Shown here in pieces: positions 9,421 through 19,471 of a stretch of 64,000 nucleotides of DNA (the first letter of the stretch is position 1; each line of letters begins with the position of its first letter). A model generated the notes under the pieces. It was not told where the DNA came from, searched no databases, and was given only the letters and a program-made list of their open reading frames with translations. The position numbers and the translations under genes are program-made. This DNA is from Microgenomates group bacterium (GTDB lineage Bacteria > Patescibacteriota > Microgenomatia > UBA1400 > MFAQ01), in assembly GCA_049303575.1 (NCBI GenBank), contig JBAQNH010000002.1:180717-244716 (forward strand), given 5' to 3'.

Positions 9421-12400
9421 ATGGCCTTGCCCAAATATTCGGTACTGCAGATTCGTCCTGCCAAAGACTCACTCACTGGTCAGGCTGCCTTTGTTGAGTT
9501 TTTAGCCTCGATCAAGTCTTCTCTCAAGGCTGGTTTTATGGATAGGCTTCTCAGCTCCTACGAAACCATTACCTTAGAAATCGCCAATCTTAGTCAAACC
9601 ACTTACTTCATTATTGCTTGTCCGGAACGTCTGGAACACCTTGTTCGTTCTCAAATTGCCGCCCAGTATCCCACGGCTCTCATTACCCCCATGAAAGACT
9701 ATCTCGTCGACTGGTTGTCTCATGGTCAGCCTCAAATAGGTCAGTTGGTGCTCTCATCTCCCTCCCAACTTCCCCTCAACGTCACCGAAGATGAAAAAGT
9801 TGACCAAATGACCGCCATTCTCGGTAGTCTCTCACGTATTCCGTCAGGTCAGGCTGCCGTAATCCAAATTTGTCTCTTCGCCGCCCCTGGAAACTGGCAA
9901 AAATCTCTTCGTAAATCGCTCGAGCCTAGACCGGTTGCCGAAGGTGAAAAATCCCAACCTAGTGCCCAAAAACCCTTCATTGAAAAAAAACTTGCCTATC
10001 AAGCCTTTGGCTGTGATATTCGCCTTGCCGCCATTTCCCAGAATGAATCGAGTTCCAGACAACTTCTTTCTCAAATTTCTGCCGCTTTCGGTACCTATTC
10101 TCTTTCCGAAGGGAATAGCTTTAAGCTCAAAGTTGTCAAACCCTCCTCTCATAAAAAACTAAAAGAAATGATTGTCGAGCGTTCGGCTAAGTACTCTAAT
10201 CAGTACCAATATCTAAACTACGCCGAAATAGCCGCCATTTATCACTTGCCTGGTGTAAATCTCGCCAACATCAAAGGTATCGCTTGGGGAAAGACCTTAA
10301 GAGGGGAGCCACCAGCAAATCTCCCCATCGCCGAAGATCTTTCTGAAGAAGAGAAGCAAGATATTAATTTCTTTGCTAAAACGGAATACAAAAACAGAAT
10401 TGTCTCCTTTGGTATGAAAAAGGGGGAGGATCGTCGTCGTCACGTATATATCTTGGGTAAATCCGGTACTGGTAAATCAACCCTCCTGTCCAACATGGCC
10501 ATCAACGATATTCGTCATGGTGAAGGCATGGCATTAGTCGATCCTCACGGGGACACCGCCGAGCATCTCTTAGACTACATCCCCTCAGACAGAATTAATG
10601 ACGTCGCCTACCTCGATCCCTCCGTCGTTGGCAAATCTTTTCATCTCAATCCTCTCTATGTTAAAAATCCGGCTTACTCGGAACTAGTCGCCTCGGGCAT
10701 AGTTTCTATTTTTAGTAAACTCTACGGCAACTCCTGGGGTCCTCGTCTGGAATATATTTTAAGAAACACTCTCCTTACTCTCGTTGGTAAGCCGGGAGCG
10801 ACCCTTCTCGATGTTCCTCGACTCCTTACTAACAAGCCCTTTAGAGAAGAATATCTTTTGGCGGTTCAGGATCCGGTTCTCCATAACTTCTGGCACGACG
10901 AATACGACAAATACTCAGAAAAATTCCAATCCGAGGCTATTTCTCCCATTTTAAATAAAGTTGGCCAGTTCATTACCTCACCCACGATTAGAGATATCAT
11001 CAGCCATCCTACTTCTACCGTCGATTTTGAAGATCTCATGAACAACGGCAAAATTATTATTCTCAATCTTCCCCAAGGCAAGATTGGTGAAGATAATGCC
11101 GCTCTCCTGGGAGCCATGTTTATTTCCCAAATTCAGATCGCCGCCATGAATCGTGCCAATATGGCCGAGACGGAGCGTAAAGACTTCTTTCTTTATGTCG
11201 ATGAGTTTCAAAACTTTGCCACCACCTCTTTTATAAAAATTCTTTCCGAAGCTCGTAAATATCGTCTTAACCTTATTCTTGCTAATCAATACACCGCCCA
11301 GCTTCCGATAGAAATTCAAGACGCTATTTTTGGTAATGCTGGCACTCTCATAAGCTTTGTCGTTGGTGCTGCTGATGCTAATCGTCTCATGAATGAACTG
11401 GGAAACTTCTACACCCAAGATGATCTCGTTGGTCTTGCTCGTTACCAAATCATCGTCAAAATTTCTGTCAACGCCTCCATTTCCAATCCTTTCTCGGCCA
11501 CGACACTACCCCTTCCGGAAAACAAAGATAACAGCCGTCAAAAAATTGTCGCGGCCAGCGAAGAACAATACTATCGTAAAACCGAGGCTCTCGACATGGC
11601 TCAAGCCTCAATTTATGCTCCCAGTGCACCCCCCAAACCCCGCTCCTATTCTCCAACCACTCCTTATCGACCTCAGCAACAAACACCCTCTTCCTCTATT
11701 AATAAAAATGAAACAATAAAACCAAGCCCAACAGTTTTTTCAAAAGAACCCTCTTTGGAAGAACTGGACAAAGACAGAAGTGAAGGTCTTCGCCCTAGTG
11801 TTGTTGGTTGTTTCTTAAACTCCGGCAAAATTCTTTTCGTTTACCAAAAAATTCATCAACTCTGGCAACTACCGCAAGGGGGAGTGGATAATCGCGAGAC
11901 CACAATCGACGCTTTCAAACGTGAAATGACTGAAGAACTAGGTGAAGATTTTGTTAAACAGTCAAGTTTCAAACCCACTTTTTTTTCTGCCGACAAAATT
12001 GAGTTTCCTCCTGACAAACAGGGTTTGCGAGAACTTAAACTCGACTCCGGTAATCCGGTCAAAATGAAAGGTAAAAAATATTATTTTCTCTACGCCACTT
12101 CTTCATCTACCGATTTGAAATTTCCTTCAGATGAAGAATATAATGATTTCAAATGGGCAAATTACAGTGAAGCTTTGGAGCTAGCAAAAACTTCTACCCA
12201 AGGAGGTAAGCTTAGAATTACAACATCAGCACTAGATATTTTAAAAAACAAAGGCCTTCTTATTTCCGGAACCAATATTAATAATCAAAGCAACAACAAT
12301 GGATCCAGATCAAACTCCAAACCTCCAACCCAACCCACTCCCATCCGACGCCCCCCAAAACCAGACGTCAACCCCATTTTCTTCCCCGATAAGTCAGGAG

Positions 12401-12552
12401 ATAACCCCACCAGCAGCTTGGAGCAGCGACCAGACTCCACCGTTAGTGTCCTCGACACCCCCGACGAGTCCGGAGCCAATCTCCCCGCCAATGTACCAGG
12501 AGATACCCCCAAAATCACCCCTCCCGGTCAAGGGAATTCCCTCATCGTCTAA
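9421..12552 (+). CDS. TraD/VirD4-like (FtsK/HerA-superfamily) ATPase fused to a C-terminal NUDIX hydrolase domain, ending in a Pro/Ser-rich tail
   Basis: Walker A YILGKSGTGKSTLL followed by ALVDPHGD. Walker B FLYVDEFQNF and ARKYRLNLILANQ are coupling-protein-like. After a P/S linker comes the Nudix box GGVDNRETTIDAFKREMTEELGE. The start was moved to ATG 9421 (MALPKYSVLQ...); the track ORF began at 9340 with a non-ATG codon. Confidence 0.7.
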   Translation: MALPKYSVLQIRPAKDSLTGQAAFVEFLASIKSSLKAGFMDRLLSSYETITLEIANLSQTTYFIIACPERLEHLVRSQIAAQYPTALITPMKDYLVDWLSHGQPQIGQLVLSSPSQLPLNVTEDEKVDQMTAILGSLSRIPSGQAAVIQICLFAAPGNWQKSLRKSLEPRPVAEGEKSQPSAQKPFIEKKLAYQAFGCDIRLAAISQNESSSRQLLSQISAAFGTYSLSEGNSFKLKVVKPSSHKKLKEMIVERSAKYSNQYQYLNYAEIAAIYHLPGVNLANIKGIAWGKTLRGEPPANLPIAEDLSEEEKQDINFFAKTEYKNRIVSFGMKKGEDRRRHVYILGKSGTGKSTLLSNMAINDIRHGEGMALVDPHGDTAEHLLDYIPSDRINDVAYLDPSVVGKSFHLNPLYVKNPAYSELVASGIVSIFSKLYGNSWGPRLEYILRNTLLTLVGKPGATLLDVPRLLTNKPFREEYLLAVQDPVLHNFWHDEYDKYSEKFQSEAISPILNKVGQFITSPTIRDIISHPTSTVDFEDLMNNGKIIILNLPQGKIGEDNAALLGAMFISQIQIAAMNRANMAETERKDFFLYVDEFQNFATTSFIKILSEARKYRLNLILANQYTAQLPIEIQDAIFGNAGTLISFVVGAADANRLMNELGNFYTQDDLVGLARYQIIVKISVNASISNPFSATTLPLPENKDNSRQKIVAASEEQYYRKTEALDMAQASIYAPSAPPKPRSYSPTTPYRPQQQTPSSSINKNETIKPSPTVFSKEPSLEELDKDRSEGLRPSVVGCFLNSGKILFVYQKIHQLWQLPQGGVDNRETTIDAFKREMTEELGEDFVKQSSFKPTFFSADKIEFPPDKQGLRELKLDSGNPVKMKGKKYYFLYATSSSTDLKFPSDEEYNDFKWANYSEALELAKTSTQGGKLRITTSALDILKNKGLLISGTNINNQSNNNGSRSNSKPPTQPTPIRRPPKPDVNPIFFPDKSGDNPTSSLEQRPDSTVSVLDTPDESGANLPANVPGDTPKITPPGQGNSLIV

Positions 12553-12877
12553 AAAGTCTGGTTTTCTAAAAACTTTCTTTATTGTTATAGCCCTCGTTCT
12601 TTTCGGCATCTTCATCGGTGTTGTTGCCGCCCGTTTTCTCCCTATGCCTGGGACGGAAGTTCCCGTTGTTACCCCAACTCCGATAATTACTGTTACTCCC
12701 TCTCTTACTCCGGAGGTTACCCCAGTCTCTACCGCTTCGGCTAACTTTATTTGTCCAGCAAATGGCTGGGTAGACTGTATGCCAATACTTGACGAGGCAA
12801 AAACAATCTCTTGTTCTGCTGAAGCTATGGCTTGGTACAAAGTCAACTGTCCCAATTTTCAGGGAGCAGCTCTCTAG
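12299..12877 (+). CDS. Membrane-anchored hypothetical protein (Pro-rich N-terminus, one TM, Cys-containing ectodomain). Start uncertain; the 5' part overlaps the previous gene in another frame.
   Basis: LKTFFIVIALVLFGIFIGVVAARF TM helix, with 4 Cys in the C-terminal domain. An alternative start is ATG 12491 (MYQEIPPK...). Confidence 0.4.
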   Translation: MDPDQTPNLQPNPLPSDAPQNQTSTPFSSPISQEITPPAAWSSDQTPPLVSSTPPTSPEPISPPMYQEIPPKSPLPVKGIPSSSKKSGFLKTFFIVIALVLFGIFIGVVAARFLPMPGTEVPVVTPTPIITVTPSLTPEVTPVSTASANFICPANGWVDCMPILDEAKTISCSAEAMAWYKVNCPNFQGAAL

Positions 12878-12880
12878 GTC

Positions 12881-12909
12881 TTGACAATAGGTCAAATTAT
12901 AAGTAAAAA
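12881..12909 (+). promoter_or_regulatory. Sigma70-like promoter of groES-groEL (TTGACA -17- TAAAAT)
   Basis: TTGACA at 12881-12886, 17-nt spacer, TAAAAT at 12904-12909, immediately followed by CIRCE. Confidence 0.6.
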
Positions 12910-12934
12910 TAGCACTCGAGGAGTATGAGTGCTA
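12910..12934 (+). promoter_or_regulatory. CIRCE operator (HrcA binding site) upstream of groES
   Basis: TAGCACTC-gaggagtat-GAGTGCTA: perfect 8-bp inverted arms with a 9-nt spacer, matching the consensus TTAGCACTC-N9-GAGTGCTAA. Confidence 0.85.
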
Positions 12935-12984
12935 TTTAGTGTATACTCAACTCCTAAGCCTTATCAATTATCTACAAACAAAGC

Positions 12985-14915
<1,931 letters not shown>

Positions 14916-14944
14916 TTAAAAGGTACTAAAGGTATAAACACAAA

Positions 14945-14967
14945 AGACCCCTTACGGGGTCTTTTCT
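14945..14967 (+). terminator. Rho-independent terminator of groESL
   Basis: AGACCCC-ttac-GGGGTCT followed by TTTTCT. Confidence 0.75.
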
Positions 14968-14978
14968 ACATCCGAAGA

Positions 14979-15541
14979 ACCCCGTACAACCTACAACTGG
15001 AGCGAAGCGAAGTTGTACGGGGGTGAAGAGCACAGACTAACACACGAAGTGTGTTAATCTGTCATCATGGAAGCCAGAAGTTTGAATCACTCGGTTTACT
15101 ACCATCAGTATCACGTTGTGTGGGGTACGAAGTACAGGAGACAGTATCTCCAGGAGTACGTAAAGAAAGCCTTTGAAATATATGTCAAACGAGTAATATC
15201 TAAGTACCCCACAATTCAACTAATCAAGGTCAATACGGATATTGATCATGTTCATCTACAACTTTCAATACCGCCTAACATGGCTGTCTCACGGGTGGTG
15301 CAGAAGGTGAAACAGGAGACAAGTAAACTCCTCAAGAAAAGATTTAAGTTCATTCGAGAAATCTATCCCTTCGAGGGTATCTGGAGTGTTGGGTACTTCT
15401 CCTCAACCATCGGGCTGAATGAGGAAACTGTCACGCGGTATATCGACAGTCAAGGGAAGAGAGACAAGGGGAGACAGTACAAACTCTGGCTCCCATGATG
15501 CCGCCAAAGGAAACCCCGTACAAGCAAAGCGTAGTGCGGGG
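14979..15541 (+). mobile_element. IS200/IS605-family insertion sequence (tnpA only) with subterminal hairpins; boundaries approximate
   Basis: Left hairpin CCCCGTACAAC-(21 nt)-GTTGTACGGGG (14980-15022) and a second hairpin AACACAC-gaa-GTGTGTT (15038-15056) upstream of tnpA. Right hairpin CCCCGTAC-(9 nt)-GTAGTGCGGGG (15514-15541) downstream. Both ends share the CCCCGTACA arm, the arrangement expected for Y1-transposase IS. Confidence 0.65.
15067..15498 (+). CDS. tnpA: IS200/IS605-family Y1 (HUH) transposase TnpA
   Basis: 143 aa; YHQYHVVWGTKYRRQYL (IS200 N-terminal signature), HUH motif HVHLQLSIPP, catalytic-Tyr region GYFSSTIGLNEETVTRYIDSQ. Confidence 0.85.
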   Translation: MEARSLNHSVYYHQYHVVWGTKYRRQYLQEYVKKAFEIYVKRVISKYPTIQLIKVNTDIDHVHLQLSIPPNMAVSRVVQKVKQETSKLLKKRFKFIREIYPFEGIWSVGYFSSTIGLNEETVTRYIDSQGKRDKGRQYKLWLP

Positions 15542-15702
15542 AGGAGGTCATTTGTTGACTAAATTATTCTTATTCTTGCCATCACGTTGAAACTAGGGAA
15601 CTTAACCATCGATAATATTATCCACAAAATAAACAAGTTTTCCACACAGCACAAACAATTGATGAATCAATCAAATTATTATCTCAATCAGTTGAAAACT
15701 AT

Positions 15703-16299
15703 TTATCTCTTGTTTACCCTGCCCAAAGCCAAGTAAGGCTGAGGGTTAATATTTTTTTCGTTTTTGATCACTTCAAGATGAAGGTGGGGTCCGGTAGTTT
15801 TTCCTGTCAAACCAACCTCACCAATAGGCTTATCGGTTGTTACGGCGTCTCCCTCGTTAACGAAGACCTTACCCATGTGTGCATATAAAGAAACAGTATC
15901 ATTTCCATTATCAATCCACACGGCTCTACCATAGTCGTACCTAAGGTATTGAACCTTAATAACGACACCTTCTCTAATAGGGTAGATCTCAGACCCCAAA
16001 GGAGCTGTTAGGTCGATTCCGGGATGTCCGAAACGGAAACCCTGAGAAACGCCTGTATAAGCAGGAAGAACGTTGGCATAACTCTTACGGGTCTCAATAG
16101 GAATCTCCGTATTAAGAGTTTGTACATTTGCAGCGACCACAGACTGGTCGATTGGGAGGAATACTAGTCCGGAAGCCAAGGAGGTCATTGAAATGACTCC
16201 ACCTAAGGCGGCCTTAATAGTTTTTCCTTCGAACATCGGTCTGATGAGTTTTGAAACAGGGTTTGATGTTCTGGTTTTTGGTAGTATGTTTAGTATCAT
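15703..16299 (-). CDS. M23-family peptidase (LytM domain) with N-terminal TM
   Basis: HPGIDL..., YAHMGKV..., GLTGKTTGPHLHLEV motifs of M23 metallopeptidases. Confidence 0.85.
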   Translation of the reverse strand: MILNILPKTRTSNPVSKLIRPMFEGKTIKAALGGVISMTSLASGLVFLPIDQSVVAANVQTLNTEIPIETRKSYANVLPAYTGVSQGFRFGHPGIDLTAPLGSEIYPIREGVVIKVQYLRYDYGRAVWIDNGNDTVSLYAHMGKVFVNEGDAVTTDKPIGEVGLTGKTTGPHLHLEVIKNEKNINPQPYLALGRVNKR

Positions 16300-16426
16300 A
16301 AACGCGGGTATTGCCCCGCATCAGGTACAAAAAATGCTTGAATTTCTCAAGCGAACGGTATCATACCATATCAAATTGCCAATGTCAAACCTACAGCCCC
16401 TGACTTGGTATATCCTTAATCTAGAT

Positions 16427-17407
16427 ATGTTGACCAAAGAACAAATTCAAAACAAAAATGTCTTACTTCGAGCTGATCTAGACGTGCCTATACGCCAAGA
16501 CGGCAGGGTCGAAAACGACTACCGTCTCCTGGCTCTTCTACCCACGATAAAGCTTTGCCTTGAGTACGCCAAAAAAACGGTTATTATTGGCCACCTTGGC
16601 CGTCCAGCGGGGGAGGATTCATCTTTAAGCCTGGCTCCTGTAAGAGATAGCCTAAATAGATTGCTAAATCAATCTATTTTGCTTCTTCCTTCGGGTATTT
16701 CTCCAGGGGAGAGATGGAAGGGGGAATCTCCCTTAGTCCTCATGGAAAACTTAAGGTTTGATCCTCGAGAAGAAAAATTAGATAGGGGATTTGCCAGTGA
16801 ATTAGCCATCGGCGCTGATATTTACATTTATGAAGCCTTTGCTACATATCGTGACTCGACTAGTTTAACCTTAATACCCGAAATTTTACCAACCTTGACT
16901 GGTTTTAGGTTTGATGAGGAAGTCCAAACCCTCCAAAAGGTGCTTAATAATCCCCTTCACCCGACTCTTCTTTTAGCTTCAGGAGCGAAGCAAGACAAGC
17001 TGGAAATAATCAATAAAATAAGTCAAAAGTTCGATCAAGTCCTGCTCGGCGGGGTATTTGCCAAGCGGGAAGACAGAACTCCGGACGGGTTTGACCTTAA
17101 CGAAATAACTACTTCCCGGTTCGTAAGCTCGATTCTTGAGGCTAAAACCATTGTTCTTAATGGCCCCGTCGGCGCATATGAAGATGGTATCCACATCCAA
17201 GCTACCAAAGCCGTTTTTCAAGCCATTATAGACTCCCAAGCCTACTCCATTTTAGGTGGTGGCGATACTCTCGCCGCCATATCTACTCTGGGCTTCTCCC
17301 ATGCCTCCTTCAGCTTCGTTAGCACCGGAGGTGGAGCAATGCTCGAGTTTTTAGCTAATGGCACCCACCCTATGCTGGAAACCCTTAAAAATGCTAAACT
17401 GATTTAG
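16427..17407 (+). CDS. pgk: Phosphoglycerate kinase (compact, about 326 aa)
   Basis: NVLLRADLDVP, IIGHLGRP, LENLRFDPREE, GGGDT, STGGGAMLEFL motifs. Start set at ATG 16427; the track ORF start at 16193 would overlap the convergent peptidase gene. Confidence 0.8.
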   Translation: MLTKEQIQNKNVLLRADLDVPIRQDGRVENDYRLLALLPTIKLCLEYAKKTVIIGHLGRPAGEDSSLSLAPVRDSLNRLLNQSILLLPSGISPGERWKGESPLVLMENLRFDPREEKLDRGFASELAIGADIYIYEAFATYRDSTSLTLIPEILPTLTGFRFDEEVQTLQKVLNNPLHPTLLLASGAKQDKLEIINKISQKFDQVLLGGVFAKREDRTPDGFDLNEITTSRFVSSILEAKTIVLNGPVGAYEDGIHIQATKAVFQAIIDSQAYSILGGGDTLAAISTLGFSHASFSFVSTGGGAMLEFLANGTHPMLETLKNAKLI

Positions 17408-17427
17408 TTATATCTATAACCTGCCCT

Positions 17428-18513
17428 ATGGTTAATTTTTCGATTAATGGTTTTGGAAGGATCGGACGCTCCGCCATGCGTGTTTGGCTTCATAATCACC
17501 TTGAAGATGCCAATCTTGTCGCCATCAATACTTCCGGTTCCCAAAACGTCGCCAGTTGGGCTTATCTTCTCCGTCACGACACTGCCTACGGCACCCTTCC
17601 CTATTCCGTCTCCTCGGAGGAAGTTCAAGACCCCAAGGATGCTTCGGATGCCAAACCAATCATTGGCTATATCACAATTGAACACCCCAAAAAAACGCTT
17701 AAAATCCCTGTTCTTGCTCAGCGTGACCCAGCCAAAATTCCCTGGGTTCAATTTGGCGTCGAGGTCGTTATCGAGTCTACCGGAGCCTTTACCAGTCTAG
17801 ACAAAGCCATTCTTCATCTCCAGGGAGGCGCCAGATTCGTTGTTCTTTCTGCTCCGGCCAAAGGTGGAGGTGTGCCTACGGCTGTTTTAGGTGTCAACGA
17901 CCAAGACGTTATTACCAAAGATCGCACCGGCACACTTTCTGTGATTAGCAACGCTTCATGCACCACTAACAGTGTTGCCCCCGTAGCCGACATCCTTCAC
18001 TCCAAGATTGGCATTCTCAAGGCTATGCTCACCACAGTTCATGGCTACACCGATGACCAAAACCTCCAAGATAACTCTCATCGTGATCTTCGCCGTGCTC
18101 GTGCCGCCGCCCAAAATATTGTGCCTACTTCCACCGGAGCTGCCGTTGCTGCCACTCAGGCCATTCCCGAACTCCAGGGACTTTTTGATGGTATCTCCCT
18201 TCGCGTTCCTGTCATCACCGGTTCTATCACCGACTTTACCTTTGTCACTCGTCGCTCCACTTCCATTGAAGAAGTAAACCAAATTTTTATGGATGCCGCC
18301 AATGATCCCAGATATCGTGGTATTTTAGCCGTGACCGACGAACCCTTGGTTTCCTCCGATATTATTGGCCGTTCGGAATCTAGTATCGTTGATCTCGAAA
18401 TGACTCGTGTCGTCGACGGTACCTTAGTGAAAGTTCTCGCTTGGTATGACAACGAATGGGGTTATGCCAATCGTCTTATTGAGGAAGTCATTAAGGCTGG
18501 CGATCTCTACTAA
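17428..18513 (+). CDS. gap: Glyceraldehyde-3-phosphate dehydrogenase
   Basis: INGFGRIGR, ASCTTN active site, WYDNEWGY. Confidence 0.95.
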   Translation: MVNFSINGFGRIGRSAMRVWLHNHLEDANLVAINTSGSQNVASWAYLLRHDTAYGTLPYSVSSEEVQDPKDASDAKPIIGYITIEHPKKTLKIPVLAQRDPAKIPWVQFGVEVVIESTGAFTSLDKAILHLQGGARFVVLSAPAKGGGVPTAVLGVNDQDVITKDRTGTLSVISNASCTTNSVAPVADILHSKIGILKAMLTTVHGYTDDQNLQDNSHRDLRRARAAAQNIVPTSTGAAVAATQAIPELQGLFDGISLRVPVITGSITDFTFVTRRSTSIEEVNQIFMDAANDPRYRGILAVTDEPLVSSDIIGRSESSIVDLEMTRVVDGTLVKVLAWYDNEWGYANRLIEEVIKAGDLY

Positions 18514-18517
18514 AATT

Positions 18518-18548
18518 AAGGACGGAGAGGGAATCGAACCCTCGCGTG
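18518..18548 (-). pseudogene. Inverted partial copy (T-arm plus 3' acceptor, roughly 30-50 nt) of the tRNA-Cys gene. On the + strand it folds as a hairpin with a T-run directly after the gap stop codon.
   Basis: Minus-strand reading ...cacGCGAGGGTTCGATTCCCTCTCCGtcct matches 19396-19422 of tRNA-Cys with 2-3 mismatches. The + strand reads GAGGG-aatcgaa-CCCTC ... TTTTT. Confidence 0.55.
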
Positions 18549-18567
18549 GAGGTTTTTGCGGATAACA

Positions 18568-19269
18568 TTATCCATTTCTATCAAGATATGCAGAATATTT
18601 ATCACATTTGTATTTCAAGAATGGGGCATGGATAATGTCTCGGTAAATAAATTCTGAAACCATGATCGCATTTCTCCAGTTATATCTCAGTTTATAGGCC
18701 CCGTATCCATAAGAGATCGAACTCTTGATTTCTGGAAAAACACTCATAATTTTTGTTGTTAATTGTTCAAGAAACATTTTACTTCCACTCGTAAAAATAA
18801 TATTCATCCTATTCTTCTTGTTTTTCTCAATGTTGATACACCCATCTCCGTCAAAATAGCCTCGAAGGAAATATTCAAAATATTTGTTAGGTATTTCCGG
18901 TAATTTGATGACTAACGATTTTCTTGGACACAATCCTATTTTAACCAGGTCATCATAAATTTTTTTGTTTCCTATTCTGACACGATACGATGTCTTACAC
19001 CAATATTCTTTCTCTCGAATTTTAATTTTTCGAGGACCTCTTTTCTGGATTATTTGCTTAGTAGACATGGCGGCCATCATATCTTTAAGAATATCTAAGT
19101 CGTTATTTGCTAACAATATATAGCATGCCCTCGAAGATTCTCTACAATCTTCAACTGCTCCATCAGCATAAATAAATCCCAAAACGTAAGCCATTTTTGG
19201 TGACCACTTTTTAAAAAAGTTTTCATCAACCTTTTTTCTGTTATATCCACCTCTTTTGTCTTGTTCCAC
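18568..19269 (-). CDS. LAGLIDADG-family homing endonuclease (two LAGLIDADG motifs), free-standing
   Basis: Motif 1 YVLGFIYADGAV and motif 2 FLRGYFDGDGCI. GTG start at 19269. Confidence 0.8.
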   Translation of the reverse strand: MEQDKRGGYNRKKVDENFFKKWSPKMAYVLGFIYADGAVEDCRESSRACYILLANNDLDILKDMMAAMSTKQIIQKRGPRKIKIREKEYWCKTSYRVRIGNKKIYDDLVKIGLCPRKSLVIKLPEIPNKYFEYFLRGYFDGDGCINIEKNKKNRMNIIFTSGSKMFLEQLTTKIMSVFPEIKSSISYGYGAYKLRYNWRNAIMVSEFIYRDIIHAPFLKYKCDKYSAYLDRNG

Positions 19270-19274
19270 AATTT

Positions 19275-19303
19275 ATTATTACCAAACAAAACCCAAATGT
19301 CAA
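19275..19303 (-). promoter_or_regulatory. Putative promoter of the homing endonuclease gene (TTGACA -17- AATAAT), giving a leaderless transcript
   Basis: Minus-strand TTGACA (rc of 19298-19303), 17-nt spacer, AATAAT (rc of 19275-19280), start codon 5 nt downstream. Confidence 0.45.
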
Positions 19304-19350
19304 TGATTTATATCAACCCTTTTGATAAATGATAAAATAGTGCCTGAAGT

Positions 19351-19422
19351 GGCCGGATGGTGAAGAGGAAACACGATTGTCTGCAAAACAATCATGCGAG
19401 GGTTCGATTCCCTCTCCGGCCT
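19351..19422 (+). tRNA. tRNA-Cys (anticodon GCA)
   Basis: Manual cloverleaf: acceptor GGCCGGA/TCCGGCC, U8, D-arm GTG-AAGAGGAAA-CAC, anticodon stem ATTGT/ACAAT with loop CTGCAAA (GCA), T-arm GAGGG-TTCGATT-CCCTC, discriminator U73 (a Cys identity element). CCA is not encoded. Confidence 0.8.
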
Positions 19423-19471
19423 CAATATTTCATGTTCGACATCTTGACATAATCTGCTATCATAGACACAA

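Noticed and set aside
15611-15647. Possible replication-origin signal: palindrome GATAATATTATC and two DnaA-box-like 9-mers TTATCCACA / TTTTCCACA
   Set aside because: Only two boxes. No dnaA or dnaN nearby, no AT-rich DUE, and no box cluster. More likely chance matches or a regulatory DnaA site. Kept as a note under the IS200 finding.
18549-18600. Possible intron-containing or split tRNA on the minus strand, with the inverted tRNA-Cys fragment as 3' exon and the LAGLIDADG ORF as intron ORF
   Set aside because: No matching 5' half (acceptor GGACGGA, D-arm) could be found on the minus strand upstream of the endonuclease gene. The + strand tRNA-Cys is intact and uninterrupted. Interpreted instead as a partial inverted duplicate.
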